A stretch of 64,000 nt of DNA from positions 7,690,001 to 7,754,000 of the forward strand of contig NC_086109.1 in assembly GCF_963921235.1 (NCBI RefSeq), given 5' to 3'. The DNA comes from Mobula hypostoma. Taxonomy: Eukaryota. A program made the translations under genes and the position numbers. A model generated the notes under the pieces. That model was not told the origin of the DNA. It ran no database searches and saw only the letters and a program-made list of their open reading frames with translations. Numbering within the stretch: the stretch's first letter is position 1; the number at the start of each line of letters is the position of its first letter. Positions 50,857 to 63,659 of the stretch are shown piece by piece.

Positions 50857-51128
50857 CTACCTGAAGGTCGTGAGTTCAAGCCCCAGCCGAGGGAACGTGT
50901 TGTGTCCTTGAGCAAGGCACTTAATCACACATTGCTCTGCGACGACACTGGTGCCAAGCTGTATGGGTCCTAATGCCCTTCCCTTGGACAACATCAGTGT
51001 CGTGGAGAGGGGAGACTTGCAGCATGGGCAACTGCCGGTCTTCCATACAACCTTGCCCAGGCCTGCGCCCTGGAGAGTGAAGACTTTCCAGGCGCAGATC
51101 CATGGTCTCACAAGACTAACGGATGCCT
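50857..51128 (+). mobile_element. tRNA-CORE-like SINE, 5'-truncated
   Basis: Matches 24105-24376 (B box, CORE-like domain, tail AGACTAACGGATGCCT). Confidence 0.85.
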
Positions 51129-51194
51129 TCACATTAGACTCTTGAATGGATTTCTTGGATGATAAGATGGACTCTGGACCTCACAATCTACTGG

Positions 51195-51922
51195 TGTCAC
51201 CAATTAACTGGATTCTGAAGACTCATATTGGTTCCTCAATCACACTTTATTTACTTGTGCACAAGGGGAACGACCTGGTCCCTGTCCCCAAACCATTCTG
51301 AAGTTTGAACAAAGAAATACCCCTCTCTCTGGGGCTCGTATACAAACTTGACTCGTTAGCTAACTCTGCTGACAGCCACGCGACTCAGCGGTGAGCGGGC
51401 CACCTTCCATTTGGGGTTCAACCAAACAGGAAAGTTGGGATGTTCTGATTAAGGAACAATGAGTGCTGTGCAAATACTGCTCACACACACAATTATTAGT
51501 CGCCAATAAATTACAGATCGTACACCAGCATAAAATTATAAAGAAAGTATATTTACCAGTTTTCAACTTTATCAAACAGATAACAAGTAAAGAAAAGAAA
51601 GTTGAAAGGAGCCATTACAGTTAAACAAGTCCGCTGTGCACATATACGCTGGAGCTCATTCCTAAAGTAGTTGGCTGTATCACTCTACTTCTGCGCAGAA
51701 CACACATTCTGAATGAAAGATTCAGACATAGCTTGGACTTCCCTCGAAGACCATCTCTCTCGGGAGTATTGGCACTTCCTCCAAGGAGCCATTCATCTGC
51801 ACAAAGCACTTCTTACAATGGGGTCTCCCCCTCGGGCAGCATTTTGTGGGCATTTTCCCTTGCACTCCACTCCTGCCAAAAGCCCCAAACCAAACTACTG
51901 TCCTTCAGAAATCTCAGTTACA
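51195..51922. mobile_element. Possible solo LTR
   Basis: TGTCAC...GTTACA ends around a non-coding stretch of about 730 bp. No matching TSD seen. Confidence 0.3.
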
Positions 51923-52070
51923 ACATGTACCTAGACAATCCGAAACAAGGGAAAACCTGCAGATGCTGGAAATCCAAGTAACACACGCGCACAATGCTGG
52001 AGGAATTCTACAAGCCAGACAGCATAAGTTGGATAACATGGCTCCTTATCTTTAGCCGAAGCCAAAACAT

Positions 52071-54172
52071 GTGGGAAGCCTTCAAAGGAGAAATTTTGAG
52101 AGTGCAGAGCTTGTATGTTCCTGTCAGGACTAAAGTCAAAGTGAATAGGAATAAGGAACCTTGGTTCTCAAGGGATATTGCAACTCTGATAAAGAAGAAG
52201 AGGGAGTTGTATGAAATGTATAGGAAACAGGGAGTAAATAAGGTGCTTGAGGAGTATAAGAAGTGCAAGTAAATACTTAAGAAAGTAATCAGGAGGGCTA
52301 AAAGAAGACATGAGGTTGCCTTGGTAGTCAAAGTGAAGGATAATCCAAAGAGCTTTTACAGGTATATTAAGAGCAAAAGGATTGTAAGGGATAAAATTGG
52401 TCCTCTTGAAGATCACAGTGGTCGGCTATGTGCAGAACCAAAAGAAATGGGGGAGATCTTAAATGGGTTTTTGCATCTGTATTTACTGAGGAAACTGGCA
52501 TGAAGTCTATGGAATTAAGGGAAACAAGTAGTGAGATCATGGAAACTGTACAGATTGAAAAGGAGGAGGTGCTTGCTATCTTGAGGCAAATTAAAGTGGA
52601 TAAATCCCCAGGACCTGACAGGGTATTCCCTCAGACCTTGAAGGAGACTAGTGTTGAAATTGCAGGGGCCCTGGCAGATATATTTAAAATGTCGATGTCT
52701 TACAGGTGAGGTACTGGAGGATTGGAGAATGGCTCATGTTGTTCCGTTGTTTAAAAAAGGATCGAAAAGTAATCAGGGAAATTATAAGGCCGGTAAGTTT
52801 GACGTCAGTAGTGGGTAGGTTATTGGAGGGAGTACTAAGAGACAGAATCTACAAGCATTTGGATAGACAGGGACTTATTAGGGAGAGTCAACATGGCTTT
52901 GTGCATGGTAGGTCATGTTTGACCAATCTATTGGAGTTTTTCGAGGAGGTTACCAGGAAAGTGGATGAAGGGAAGGCAGTGGATGTTGTCTACATGGACT
53001 TCAGTAAGGCCTTTGATAAGGTCCCGCATGGGAGGTTAGTTAGGAAAATTCAGTCGCTAGGTATACATGGAGAGGTGGTAAATTGGAATAGACATTGGCT
53101 CAATGGAAGAAGCCAAAGAGTGATGGTAGAGAATTGCTTCTCTGAGTGGAGGCCTGTGACTAGTGGTGTGCCACAGGGATTAGTGCTGGGTCCATTGTTA
53201 TTTGTCATCTATATCAATGATCTGGATGATAATGTGGTAAATTAGATCAGCAAATTTGCTGATGATACAAAGATTGGAGGTGTAGTAGACAGTGAGGAAG
53301 GTTTTCAAAGCTTGCAGAGGGATTTGGACCAGCTGGAAAAATGGGCTGAAAATGGCAGATGGAGTTTAATACAGACAAGTGTGAGGTATTGCACTTTGGA
53401 AGGACAAACCAAGGTAGAACATAGAGGGTAAATGGTAAGGCACTGAGGAGTGCAGTAGAACAGAGAGATCTGGGAATACAGATACAAAATTCTCTAAAGG
53501 TGGCATCACAGGTAGATAGGGTCGTAAAGAGAGCTTTTGGTACATTGGCCTTTATTAATCAAAGTATTGAGTATAAGAGCTGGAATGTTATGGTGAGGTT
53601 GTATAAGGCATTGGTGAGGCCGAATCTGGAGTATTGTGTTCAGTTTTGGTCACCAAATTACAGGAAGGATATAAATAAGGTTGAAAGAGTGCAGAGAAGG
53701 TTTACAAGGATGTTGCCGGGACTTGAGAAACTCAGTTACAGAGAAAGGTTGAATAGGTTAGGACTTTATTCCCTGGAGCGTAGAAGAATGAGGGGAGATT
53801 TGATAGAGGTATATAAAATTATGATGGGTATAGATAGAGTGAATGCAAGCAGGCTTTTTCCACTGAGGCAAGGGGAGAAAAAAACCAGAGGACATGGGAT
53901 AAGGGTGAAGGGGGAAAAGTTTAAAGGGAACATTAGGGGGGGCTTCTTCACACAGAGAGTGGTGGGAGTATGGAATGAGCTGCCAGATGAGGTGGTAAAT
54001 GCAGGTTCTTTTTTAACATTTATGAATAAATTGGACAGATACATGGATGGGAGGTGTATGGAGGGATATGGTCCGTGTGCAGGTCAGTGGGACTAGGCAG
54101 AAAATGGTTCGGCACAGCCAAGAAGGGCCAAAAGGCCTTTTTCTGTGCTGTAGTTTTTCTATGGTTTCTATG
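52071..54172 (+). mobile_element. CR1 LINE, 2.1-kb 5'-truncated copy with few disruptions
   Basis: Consecutive ORF2 pieces from the linker through RT (GVPQG.VLGP, FADD) to the C-terminus. (TTTCTATGG)n tail. Confidence 0.95.
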
Positions 54173-55104
54173 GAACGTGAGGGGGATCTTCTTCACTCAG
54201 AGGATGGTGAGAGTGTGAAATGAGGTGCCAGTGGAAGTGGTGAATGCAGGTTATGGTCTTATATTCTTGATTAGTCAGGGCATGAAGCGACACGGGGAGA
54301 AGGCAGGAGATTGAGGCTGAGAGGGAAAATTGGATCAGCCATGATGAAATGGCAGAGCAGACTCAATGGGCCAAATGGCCTAATTCTGCTCCTATATCTC
54401 ATGGTCTTATGGATGAGTACGTGGATGGGAGGGGTTTGGAGGGCTATGGTCCTGTGTCGAGGGAACAAGGCGGAATGTCAGTTTAGCACGGAGCAGATAG
54501 GCCGAAGGACCTGTCGAGCGCTATGAATCTGAAAAAGTTCAAGGAGGGAGTTCTAGAGGTCGGGACCCTGGCAAGGCACAGACAATAGTAGCGGGGAGAT
54601 TAAGATCAGGAGTGACCAGCAGGCTGGAGAAGGTAAACGTGTTTTGATCTAACTCTATTGTGTTGCACAATAAAGCCACGTCAATTGCAGTATTACTGAG
54701 CAGGAATTGTTGCATCCTTGTTCCATTGCCAGTCAATCGGCTTCCAGTCAATGGAATTAACTTGCCACTTGCCAAAAAAGAGTCTGTACAAAAGGGCATT
54801 TGTTCTTAATGGCCTGGAAATTCAAGTGACATCTGGCACCATCCTCAGAGACTGAGTTAATGCATTCTTTTGCTGCTGTGGGGATTTTTCATCAATGTTG
54901 AAGTAATATAGTTGTTTTGTCTTTGACATTCAGAAACATAACGTCTCATCCAGAAAAAAAAAATTGGCTTGAGAAAATAACAACATGTCCAACAAATGCG
55001 AAGTCTTCGGTACTACATTAAGCTCTGCCTGGCTGGAAATGGTAATTTGAAAAGCGTAGTTTTCTTTTCTCCCCTACCTGAGGACACTGCTGAGAGTGAA
55101 TTGC

Positions 55105-55559
55105 AAACACGAGGAAATCTACAGATGCTGGAAATTCAAGCAGCACACACAAAATGCTGGTGAACGCAGCAGGCCAGGCAGCATCTATAGGAAGAGGTAC
55201 GGTCCGAGACCCTTCGTCAGGACTAACTGAAAGAAGAGATAGTAAGAGAGGGGAGGGGGAGATCCGAAATGATAAGAGAAGACAGGAGGGGTAGGGATGG
55301 AGCTAAGAGCTAGAAAGTTGGTTATCCAGCCTTGTATCCCTTTTGCCAATCACCTGTCCAGCTCTTAGCTCCATCCTTCCCCCTCCTGTCTTCTCCTATC
55401 ATTTCGGATCTCCTCCTCCCCCTCCCACTTTCAAACCTCTTACTAGCTCTTCCTTCAGTTAGTCCTGACCAAGGGTCTCGGCCCGAAACGTCAACTGTAC
55501 CTCTTCCTAGAAATGCTGCCTGGCCTGCTGCGTTCCACCAGCATTTTGTGTGTGTTGTT
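55105..55559. mobile_element. Penelope pLTR fold-back insertion (two inverted pLTR arms)
   Basis: Arms at about 55140-55323 and 55325-55558. Decayed hammerhead at 55461-55496. TSD AGAGT(G/A)AATTGC at 55093-55104 and 55560-55571. Confidence 0.88.
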
Positions 55560-56389
55560 AGAGTAAATTGCTCAGACAAGAGTAAATTGCTCAGACACAC
55601 ATAGCATTGAAACTAATGGAAGGCCACCGAGCTTGGTACGGCAATTGGTCTGCACATGACTGCAGGAAACTGCAGAGAATTGCGGGCATTACAGGGAAAC
55701 AGCCTCCCTTCTATGTTACATGGATAGTAGGAGTATGGAGGGCTATGGTCCCGGTGTAGGGTGATGGGAGTAGGCAGTTTAAATGGTTTTGGCATGGACT
55801 AGATGTGCTGAAGGGCCTGTTTCTCTGCAGTACTTCTCTTTGACTTTATCACTCAGCCTATACTTCTCACTGCCTCGATCCCGGAATTCCCACCCAACCT
55901 TCTCTCTACACCCCACACCCAACTCCCATTGGGCAGAAGACGCAAAAGCCTGAAATCACGTGCCTCCAGGCTCAAGCCTTCTAGAAGGGCTTCCACCCTG
56001 CTGTTACAAGACTTTCGGAGCGGTGCCCTTGAATGAAAAGATGGATTTGAGTTTACTGTTATATCCAAAAGGACATAACAACCTTACAACAGGATCTCCG
56101 CCTCATAAAGATCTAAAGATAAAGGTAAGCTGTATGTCACATGGATATCCAGACATCGAAATTGCATCGGCAATCGACACAGTCTGATTATGTGCTGGGG
56201 CAGCCAGCAAGAGCTCGCCACACTTTCAGCACTGGCATGGCATGCCTACAAATTACTAGTCCTAACCATACCTCTTTGGAATGTGGAAGGAAACCCACAT
56301 GGTCACAGGGTGAATGTACAAACTCCTTACAGGAATTGAACCCTGATCTTACAGCTAGCACTGTAATAGGGTTATGCGAACTGGCATAA

Positions 56390-56747
56390 AAGTACATAAG
56401 ACCACAAGGTATAGGAGCAGAATTAGGCCATTTGGCCCATCGAGTCTGCTCTGCCATTTCATCATGGCTGATCCATTTTCCCTCTCAGCCCCAATCTCCT
56501 GCCTTCTCTCCGTATCCCTTCATGGCCTGACCAATCAAGAACCTATCAACCTTTGCCCTAAATATACCCAATGACTTGGCCTCCACAGCCACCTATGGCA
56601 ATAAATTCCACAGATTCAACACTCACTGGCTCAAGAAATTCCTCCTCGCCTCCATTCTAAAAGGACGTCTCTCTATTCTGAGGGTGTGTCCTCTGGTCTT
56701 AGACTCCCCCACCATAGGAAACATCCTCTCCACATCCACTCCATCTA
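56390..56747 (-). mobile_element. CR1 3' end
   Basis: Reverse complement of the CR1 C-terminus and 3' UTR seen elsewhere in the window. Confidence 0.82.
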
Positions 56748-56889
56748 TGGTAAGTATGCACAATTCAGCAGACAGTGCTGTCCATGACAGTCTTCATGTG
56801 CCAACCAGGACTAGAAGTGTGAACCCAGCAATGGTTCGGTTCTAGTATTAGCATGACCACTCCAGTCAATTAAGCTGTTCTCCTAAGGG

Positions 56890-57400
56890 GCTGTCTATTG
56901 TCTATTGGTGGGTCCTCAGGTGGCTGTAAAGCAGATCTGGGATCCACATATTGAGGTGTAGTATGGGCAAGAGAAAGTGGTGACCGTGGTCCTCTCCCTT
57001 TGCAGTGGAGAACGATCTCATGTAGCACAGCTCCTTTGTGAACACGATTTCCTCCAGGAATATCTATCGAGTGCAATGTCTTCCCAGTTTTCAGAAATAA
57101 TATTGAATTTCATCTGGCTGATTTTAATGCCCTCTTTGCAATGTTTCTTATGCCCACCAGCAGCTCACTGACCTCCCTTCAATTGGTAGTAAAGGAAATG
57201 TTTGGGGAGGCTTGAGTTAGGCATCCGAATGATGTGGCTTATCCATCGGAGATGGTGTTGCTGTATCATAGTGGAGATGTTGTTCATGTTGGCCTTCTCC
57301 AGAACACCGGTGTTAGTGCATCTGTCCTGCCAGCTGATCCACAAGATTGTTAATAAGTATTGTTGGCGATGTTCTTCCAAGGCGCAAATGATATACCTAG
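56890..57400 (-). mobile_element. Old RTE LINE RT C-terminal relic
   Basis: IL.ISWQDR.TN..VLEKAN...I..HLRWI.HIIRM..S.LPK..LY.QL. Confidence 0.8.
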
Positions 57401-58468
57401 GTATACTATGCCTGCATTTGCTGAAGAACTGTAACTATGTGGCAGGGCAGCAGGCCAAGAGAGAGTCCACGTCTCTAGGCAGATGCATTCTCCACAGAAA
57501 CTCAGAAAGCATTTTGTTGATCATCGGGAGATGTTTGAGGATAATTTCCTCTGTCTGAGATCATGTGCCAACAGGGAAAATTCAATCTTGCTAGTTATTA
57601 GAGTTTATGTTAATGCTAATAAATAATAATTGATACTATTATAATGAAATTAATTTTGTATATTAATTTATTTTGAAATATTAATGGGCAGATATTGATT
57701 ATTAGAATACTTGATATTAATATTACATTTTAACTTAATTTGAAATAATATAGCTAATAATTGGTATTATTAATATTAAATCAATATTGAATAAGATTTG
57801 GTTTTAAAATGAATATTAAACAATAAGAATGTAATGATTCATCCTATCATCAATAAAAGAACAAGCCCTCAAACATTTTAAACCTCCATATGTTAAGATC
57901 AAACAATTTATTTTAACCTGTGCAAATTTAAAAGCCAAAGACTCTAAGCTATCACGAGCTGTTAGAAAAGCTTTATTCTTTTTTAATAATTGTTAGGAGA
58001 TCTTTGGGGATTTCCAAGCCACCATCCCTCATCTTTGAACATGGCATTTCATTATTCGCTCAAAGTTTAAAGTTTAAAAGTAAACTTATTGTCAAACTAT
58101 GTATATCAAATGATCAAAGGTTCATTTAATATCAAAGTATACAACTCTGAGATTCTTCTTCCCCAGATAGCCACAAAACCAACAAAAAAAAGGCAACACA
58201 ATTATCAACCCCCAAATCCCCCGACCAACACAAGAGAAAAGAACAAAAATGCAACAAGAACATTGACCTGCAGACATCCCATCCCTCTGTACAAAATGTC
58301 ACAAGAACGTTGACCACCAAATCCCCCTCCCCCTCACTAAGAAAGACAAGAAAGAACAGGCAAAGAACACAGAATATGAAAAACTATATGAATTGAAAAA
58401 TGTGCATAGTCCATCATCCAAATCCATATCCATATCCACATCTGTAAACACATAAAAATTCGGGGGGA

Positions 58469-59146
58469 AGGAGAAGGTGGCGGCGCGATGCAGCGCACGC
58501 GGCCGCACCAAAATGATATCGTACTTGTAAGTAGGTACCGTGCACAATCCTGATTTGATGGAGACAGCCGTGAGAAGCACGCAGGAAATCTGGAGAAACT
58601 TCTGAAATGCCTGCTTCACTGCCGCTGCTACTGTGCGATCGAGAATCTTCAAAGGAGAAGGCCCCAAATCCTCAGTTTTGCCTATTGCCTGTTGCCGGGG
58701 CTGGGGTCGAAGCGCTCGGCAGAGATGGTGCTCAGTGCTCGGTGTCGGAGGGCTGGTCGGAGGCTCGAAGTTTTCAGACGGACTCAAGAGTTGGCTGTGG
58801 TCGGGTGCTTCCAGGATGCTGCATCGGCAAGTTTGCGGCGCTGGAGGTTCATGGCAGGAAGAGAGTTTCTCTTCCTTCTACCGTCTGCGTGAGATGATGG
58901 GACTTTCGAGAGACTTTGAGACTTTTTTTTTTACCGTGCCCATGGTCTGTTCTTTATCAAATTACGGTATTGCTTTGCACTGTTGTAACTATACGTTATA
59001 ATTATGTGTTTTTTGTCAGTTTTTCAGTCTTGGTTTCTCTTGTGTTTCTGTGTTTCTGGAGGAACATTGTATCATTTCTTAATGCATGCATTACTAAATG
59101 ACAATAAAAGAGGACTCTGTGTGTCCTCATAATCTAATCTAATCTA
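58469..59146 (+). mobile_element. Family Y non-autonomous LINE derivative
   Basis: Collinear with 16469-17156. (TAATC)n tail. Confidence 0.82.
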
Positions 59147-59149
59147 AAA

Positions 59150-60280
59150 AACTGCTCCACCATCAACTCTGCTCTCAAATGCAGCTCTCCCATTTCACGC
59201 ACATCTGTTCTCACCCCATCCTCCTGCCACCCCACTAGGAATAGGGTTCCCCTTGTCCTCACCTACCACCCCACCAGGCTCCGGGTCCAACATATAATTC
59301 TCCGTAACTTCCATCACCTCCAACGGGATCCCACCACTAAGCACATCTTTCCCTCCCCCCCCCCTTTCTGCTTTCCACAGAGATCGCTCCCTACGCGACT
59401 CCCTTGTCTATTTGTCTCCTCCATCCCTTCCCACCGATCTCTCTCCCGGCACTTATCCTTGTAAGCGGAACAAGTGCTACACATGCCCTTACACTTCCTC
59501 CCTTACCACCATTCAGGGCCCCAGACAGTCCTTCCAGGTGAGGCAACACTTCACCTGTGAGTCGGCTGGGGTGATATACTGCGTCCGGTGCTCCCGCTGA
59601 GGCCTTCTATATACTGGTGAGACCCGACGCAGACTGGGAGATCGTTTCGCTGAACACCTATGCTCTGTCCGCCAGAGAAAGCATGATCTCCCAGTGGCCA
59701 CACATTTTAATTCCACGTCCCACTCCCATTCTGATATGTCTATCCACGGCCTCCTCTACTGTCAAGATGAAGCCACACTCAGGTTGGAGGAACAACACCT
59801 CATATTCCGTCTGGGTAGTCTCCAACGTGATGGCGTGAATACTGACTTCTCTAACTTCCGTTAATGCCCCTCCTCCCCTTCTTACCACGTCCCTTATTTA
59901 TTTATTTATTTTTTCCATCCCTTTTTTTCTCTCTCTCTTTTTTCTCCCTCTGTCCCTCTCACTATATCTCCTTGCCTGCTCTCCATCCTCTGGGCTCCCC
60001 TCCCCCTTTCTTTCTCCCCAGGCTTCCCGTCCCATGATCCTCTCCCTTCTCCAGCCCTGTATCTCTTTTGCCAATCAACTTTCCAGCTCTTGGCTCCATC
60101 CCTCCCCCTCCTGCCTTCTCCTATCATTTCAGATCTCCCCCTTCCCCTCCCACTTTCAAATCTCTTACTCTCTCTTCTTTCAGTTAGTCCTGATGAAGGG
60201 TCTCGGCCCAAAACGTCGACTGTACCTCTTCCTATAAATACTGCCCGGCCTGCTGCGTTCCACCAGCATTTTGTGTGTGT
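59150..60280 (+). mobile_element. Penelope-like element (Neptune-type) 3' half: RT thumb, Cys linker, GIY-YIG, pLTR
   Basis: RVPLVLTYHP, PCKRNKCYTCPY, GVIYCVRCSR*GLLY.GET, VATHFN. Decayed hammerhead at 60186-60221 (GAAA>AAAA). Confidence 0.92.
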
Positions 60281-61299
60281 TCCCAGTCATATATATATCT
60301 CTTAGAACCTGAATCCTTGATAGTGAGGCTGTAGATCATAGGCCTACAACTGGGAAAACATAAAAAGCCTTTAACGCTGATTCTAATAATCTTATCTGTC
60401 TTAGTCACGGTGCTTTTGCATGTCTCATTTTAAACCAACAAATATTAAAAGAGAAGAATAAAATAAGACTCATAAAATTAATCCAGTTTCTTAGTCAGCT
60501 TCAACCCGGTTGCTAGTGAATTCCCTGACTATTCTTTCACTCTGTACATCCTCTCACCAACAGAATATGATCCTCATTGATTGATCTGTGCTCTTAAATA
60601 TTCCCAAAACGTACCTGCGCAAATAAAATTGATCTGACCACTATTTGCAGTCCATCTCATCTCTCGACAGAGCTTAACCAGAATCTGAAACAGAATCAGG
60701 TTTAATATCACTGACGTATATCGGAGATTTGTTAACTTTGCAGCAGTAGTGCAGTGCAATACATGTTAAATATAGGGAAAAAACAGAATTACAGTAAGTA
60801 CAAATATATATATTAAATAGCTAAATTGAAATAAGTATTGCAAACTCAGAAATAAATAAAAAAGTAGTGAGGTAGCGTTCGTGGGTTGTAATGTCCATTC
60901 AAAAACCTGATGGCAGAGGGGAAGAAGCTGTTACTGAATCACTGAGTGTGTGCCTTCAGGCTTCTGTACCTCCTCCCTGACGGTAACAGTGAGAAGAGGG
61001 TATGTCCTGAGTGGTGGATAAAAGAGTTGAAGTTCCTGGCTAGATAAATTTAAAAACTATTGCAAATACCTTTTGGTTATTCCTGGGCCCCATCATAAGA
61101 TTATCCAATATTGCAATGATTTGATTACAACCAGGTCTGACTGCTACAAACAAATTCTATAGAGTCAGAGAGTCCTACAGCACAGGAATGGACATTTTGG
61201 CACAACTGGTCCATGCTGATAAAGACTCCCATCTGCTAGTCCCATTTGTCAGTGTTTGACCCATATCCCACTAAACCTTTCCTATCCATGTCCAAAAGT

Positions 61300-61814
61300 C
61301 AAAAGTCATAGGCACATGTATAAAACTAGGGTGCCTAAGACTTTTCCACAGTACTGTAGTAATTTTATGTATTGCACTGTACTGCTGCAAAAAAAACCAA
61401 ACTTCATGACATATGTGAGTGATGATTAAACCCAGTTCTGATACAGGTCTCTGTCGTGGACTGAGAGTGGGAAGAGGGCAGGGAGACGGGAATAGAGAGG
61501 GGTGGGAGTGGGATGCACCAGGGAGACTTTCTGTAATGATCAATAAACCAATTGTTTGGAATCAAAAATGACCTTGCCTGCAGTCTTTGGGCTGGGTGTG
61601 TCTGTACCTGCGCCACCCCCACCCCTGGCACTGCCTCTCTGCCACCTGTCCCGCTCCTCTCCCGGGCGCTCCGACCACCCTCGCCATTCCCAACATCCTT
61701 TATTCCCACCAGTTTTACAAGCTTGCTCTCCGCTCCATGTTGACAAATACGTACTGTGCAAAAGTTTTAGGTGCCCTGGCTGTACATAATGCATAAAACA
61801 TTTGCACAGTACGG
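61300..61814. mobile_element. Composite Tc1/mariner-type element: two inverted mini-MITEs around about 390 bp of cargo
   Basis: Mini-MITEs at 61300-61356 and 61750-61814 share a TIR close to CAGTACTGTGCAAAAGTCTTAGGCAC, with TA flanks at 61357, 61748 and 61815. An antisense CR1 tail continues on both sides. Confidence 0.7.
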
Positions 61815-63179
61815 TACCAGTCCAAGTTTGGTTTATATGTTGTTACTGTGGCTGATTTAACTGCTTTATCCTCATTCCACATACTGACCACCCTCTGGGT
61901 GAAAAAGTTGCCCCTCAGGTTCCTATTAAACCGGTCCTCCCTCGCATTAAACATACTGTACGTCCTCTGGTTTTTGATTCCCCAACCTTGTGAAAAATAG
62001 TGCACTTTCAGTCTATCTGTGCCCCCCATGATTTTATACGCCTTTGTACCTTTCAGTCTCCTACACCTCATGCAAAGGAAGTCCCAACGTGCTCAGTTTA
62101 TCTCCTTAACTCATTCCCTTGAGTCCCGGCAACACCCTTGTAAATCTGCTCCGCACTCTTTCTAGCTTCATTCCTTTAAAACCCGAACACAATATTCCTA
62201 AGGCAGCCTCACCAGAGTCTTGCAAAACTGCTACATAGCACCCGAACTTCGGAACACGAGCGACCCTGCCCATGCTGGAAATCCAAAGCAACACACGCAG
62301 AATTCTGGAGGAGCTCAGTAGGCCAGGCAGCAACCATGGAAATGAAAAAACAGTTTCGGGGTGAGACCATTCTTCAGGGCGGGAAAGGATGGGGGAGGAT
62401 GCCAGAATAAAAACAGTGGGGGGAGGGGAAGACATGTACAGAGTTGGAGATATAATAATATGGGTTTTGACAGGTCTTGCAGAGACAATTTTCAAACCAC
62501 AGCAAATAAAAGTGTCCATAAGTTAAGAGAAGTGGTGCCGATACGCCAAAGAGGGGCAAAGCACTGAGTGGAATGGGATGAAGGAGTGAAACATATTCTG
62601 CAAACCGCAGTCTGGTGAAGTCTCCCACATGTTAACAAAGCAAACTGCAACTTGGTGACATTTCAATGTTTGCATATTCAGTTGCTCCAACTGCAAAACA
62701 AACACCAAACCACGCCAACATAAACAGGACAATGAAAGCTCTCCTATTTAAACATCCTGCGACTATAACTCCCTTCTGTTGCCAAGTCAATTCCTTATAA
62801 AATCTAGCTCCACCATCAAGGAGATCTTCAAGGGGCAATGCCTCGAGTAGGGCAGCATCCATCAATAAGGACCCTCACCACCCAGGACGTGCCCCCTTCT
62901 CATTACTACCATCATGGGGGAGGTACAGGAGCCTGAAAATATACCCTCGATGTTTCAGAAACAGCTTCCTCCCCTCCGGCATCATCAGGTGGTCCATGAA
63001 CCATCTTGCTACACGATCTTGCTATCCCTTTTTTCTTGCACTATAATTTGTCTTTGTAATCGATAGCAATTTTTCCACCTTTGTACTAAACTGCTGCTGC
63101 AAAGAAACAAATTTCATGACATATAAGACAGTGATAGTAAATCTGATTCCAACAGAGGACACAGTACACTACAGCATAG

Positions 63180-63655
63180 ACTTGAGAAGGTCTGCAGATG
63201 CTGGAGCTCCACAGCGACACAAAAACAGAATGCTGGAGGAACTCAGCAGGCCAGGCAGCATCCACAGAAAAGAATACAGTCAACGTCTCAGGCAAAGACC
63301 CTTCATCAGCACTGGGGAGAACAGGGAGAAGTCAGGATAAGAAGGTGGGGGGAGGGGAGGAAGGAGTGCAAGGTGACAGGGGATAGGTGAAACCGGGGGA
63401 GGGGTGAAGTGAAGAGCTGGGAAGTTGATTGATGGAAGAAATAAAGGGCTGGAGAAGGGGGAACCTGATAGGAGGGGAGAGAAGATCATGGAAGAAAGGG
63501 AAAGCGAGAGAGTACCAGAGGAAGATGATGGACAGGTGAGGAGATAAGGCATGACAGAGAAACCAACATGGGGAATGGTGAAGGTGGGGGGAGCAGAAGT
63601 TTGAGCAATCGATGTTCATGTCATCAGGCTGGAGGCTACGGAGACGGAATATAAG
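63180..63655 (-). mobile_element. Older Penelope 3' end (pLTR + end of GIY-YIG)
   Basis: LIFRL.SLQPDDMNID.SNF. Degenerate hammerhead near 63278-63313. Confidence 0.8.
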
Positions 63656-63659
63656 GAGG

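Noticed and set aside
59598..59600. In-frame TGA at a Cys position of the GIY-YIG domain as selenocysteine
   Set aside because: The paralogous copy at 48076 has TGC, and this copy also has a frameshift upstream, so a simple nonsense mutation is more likely.
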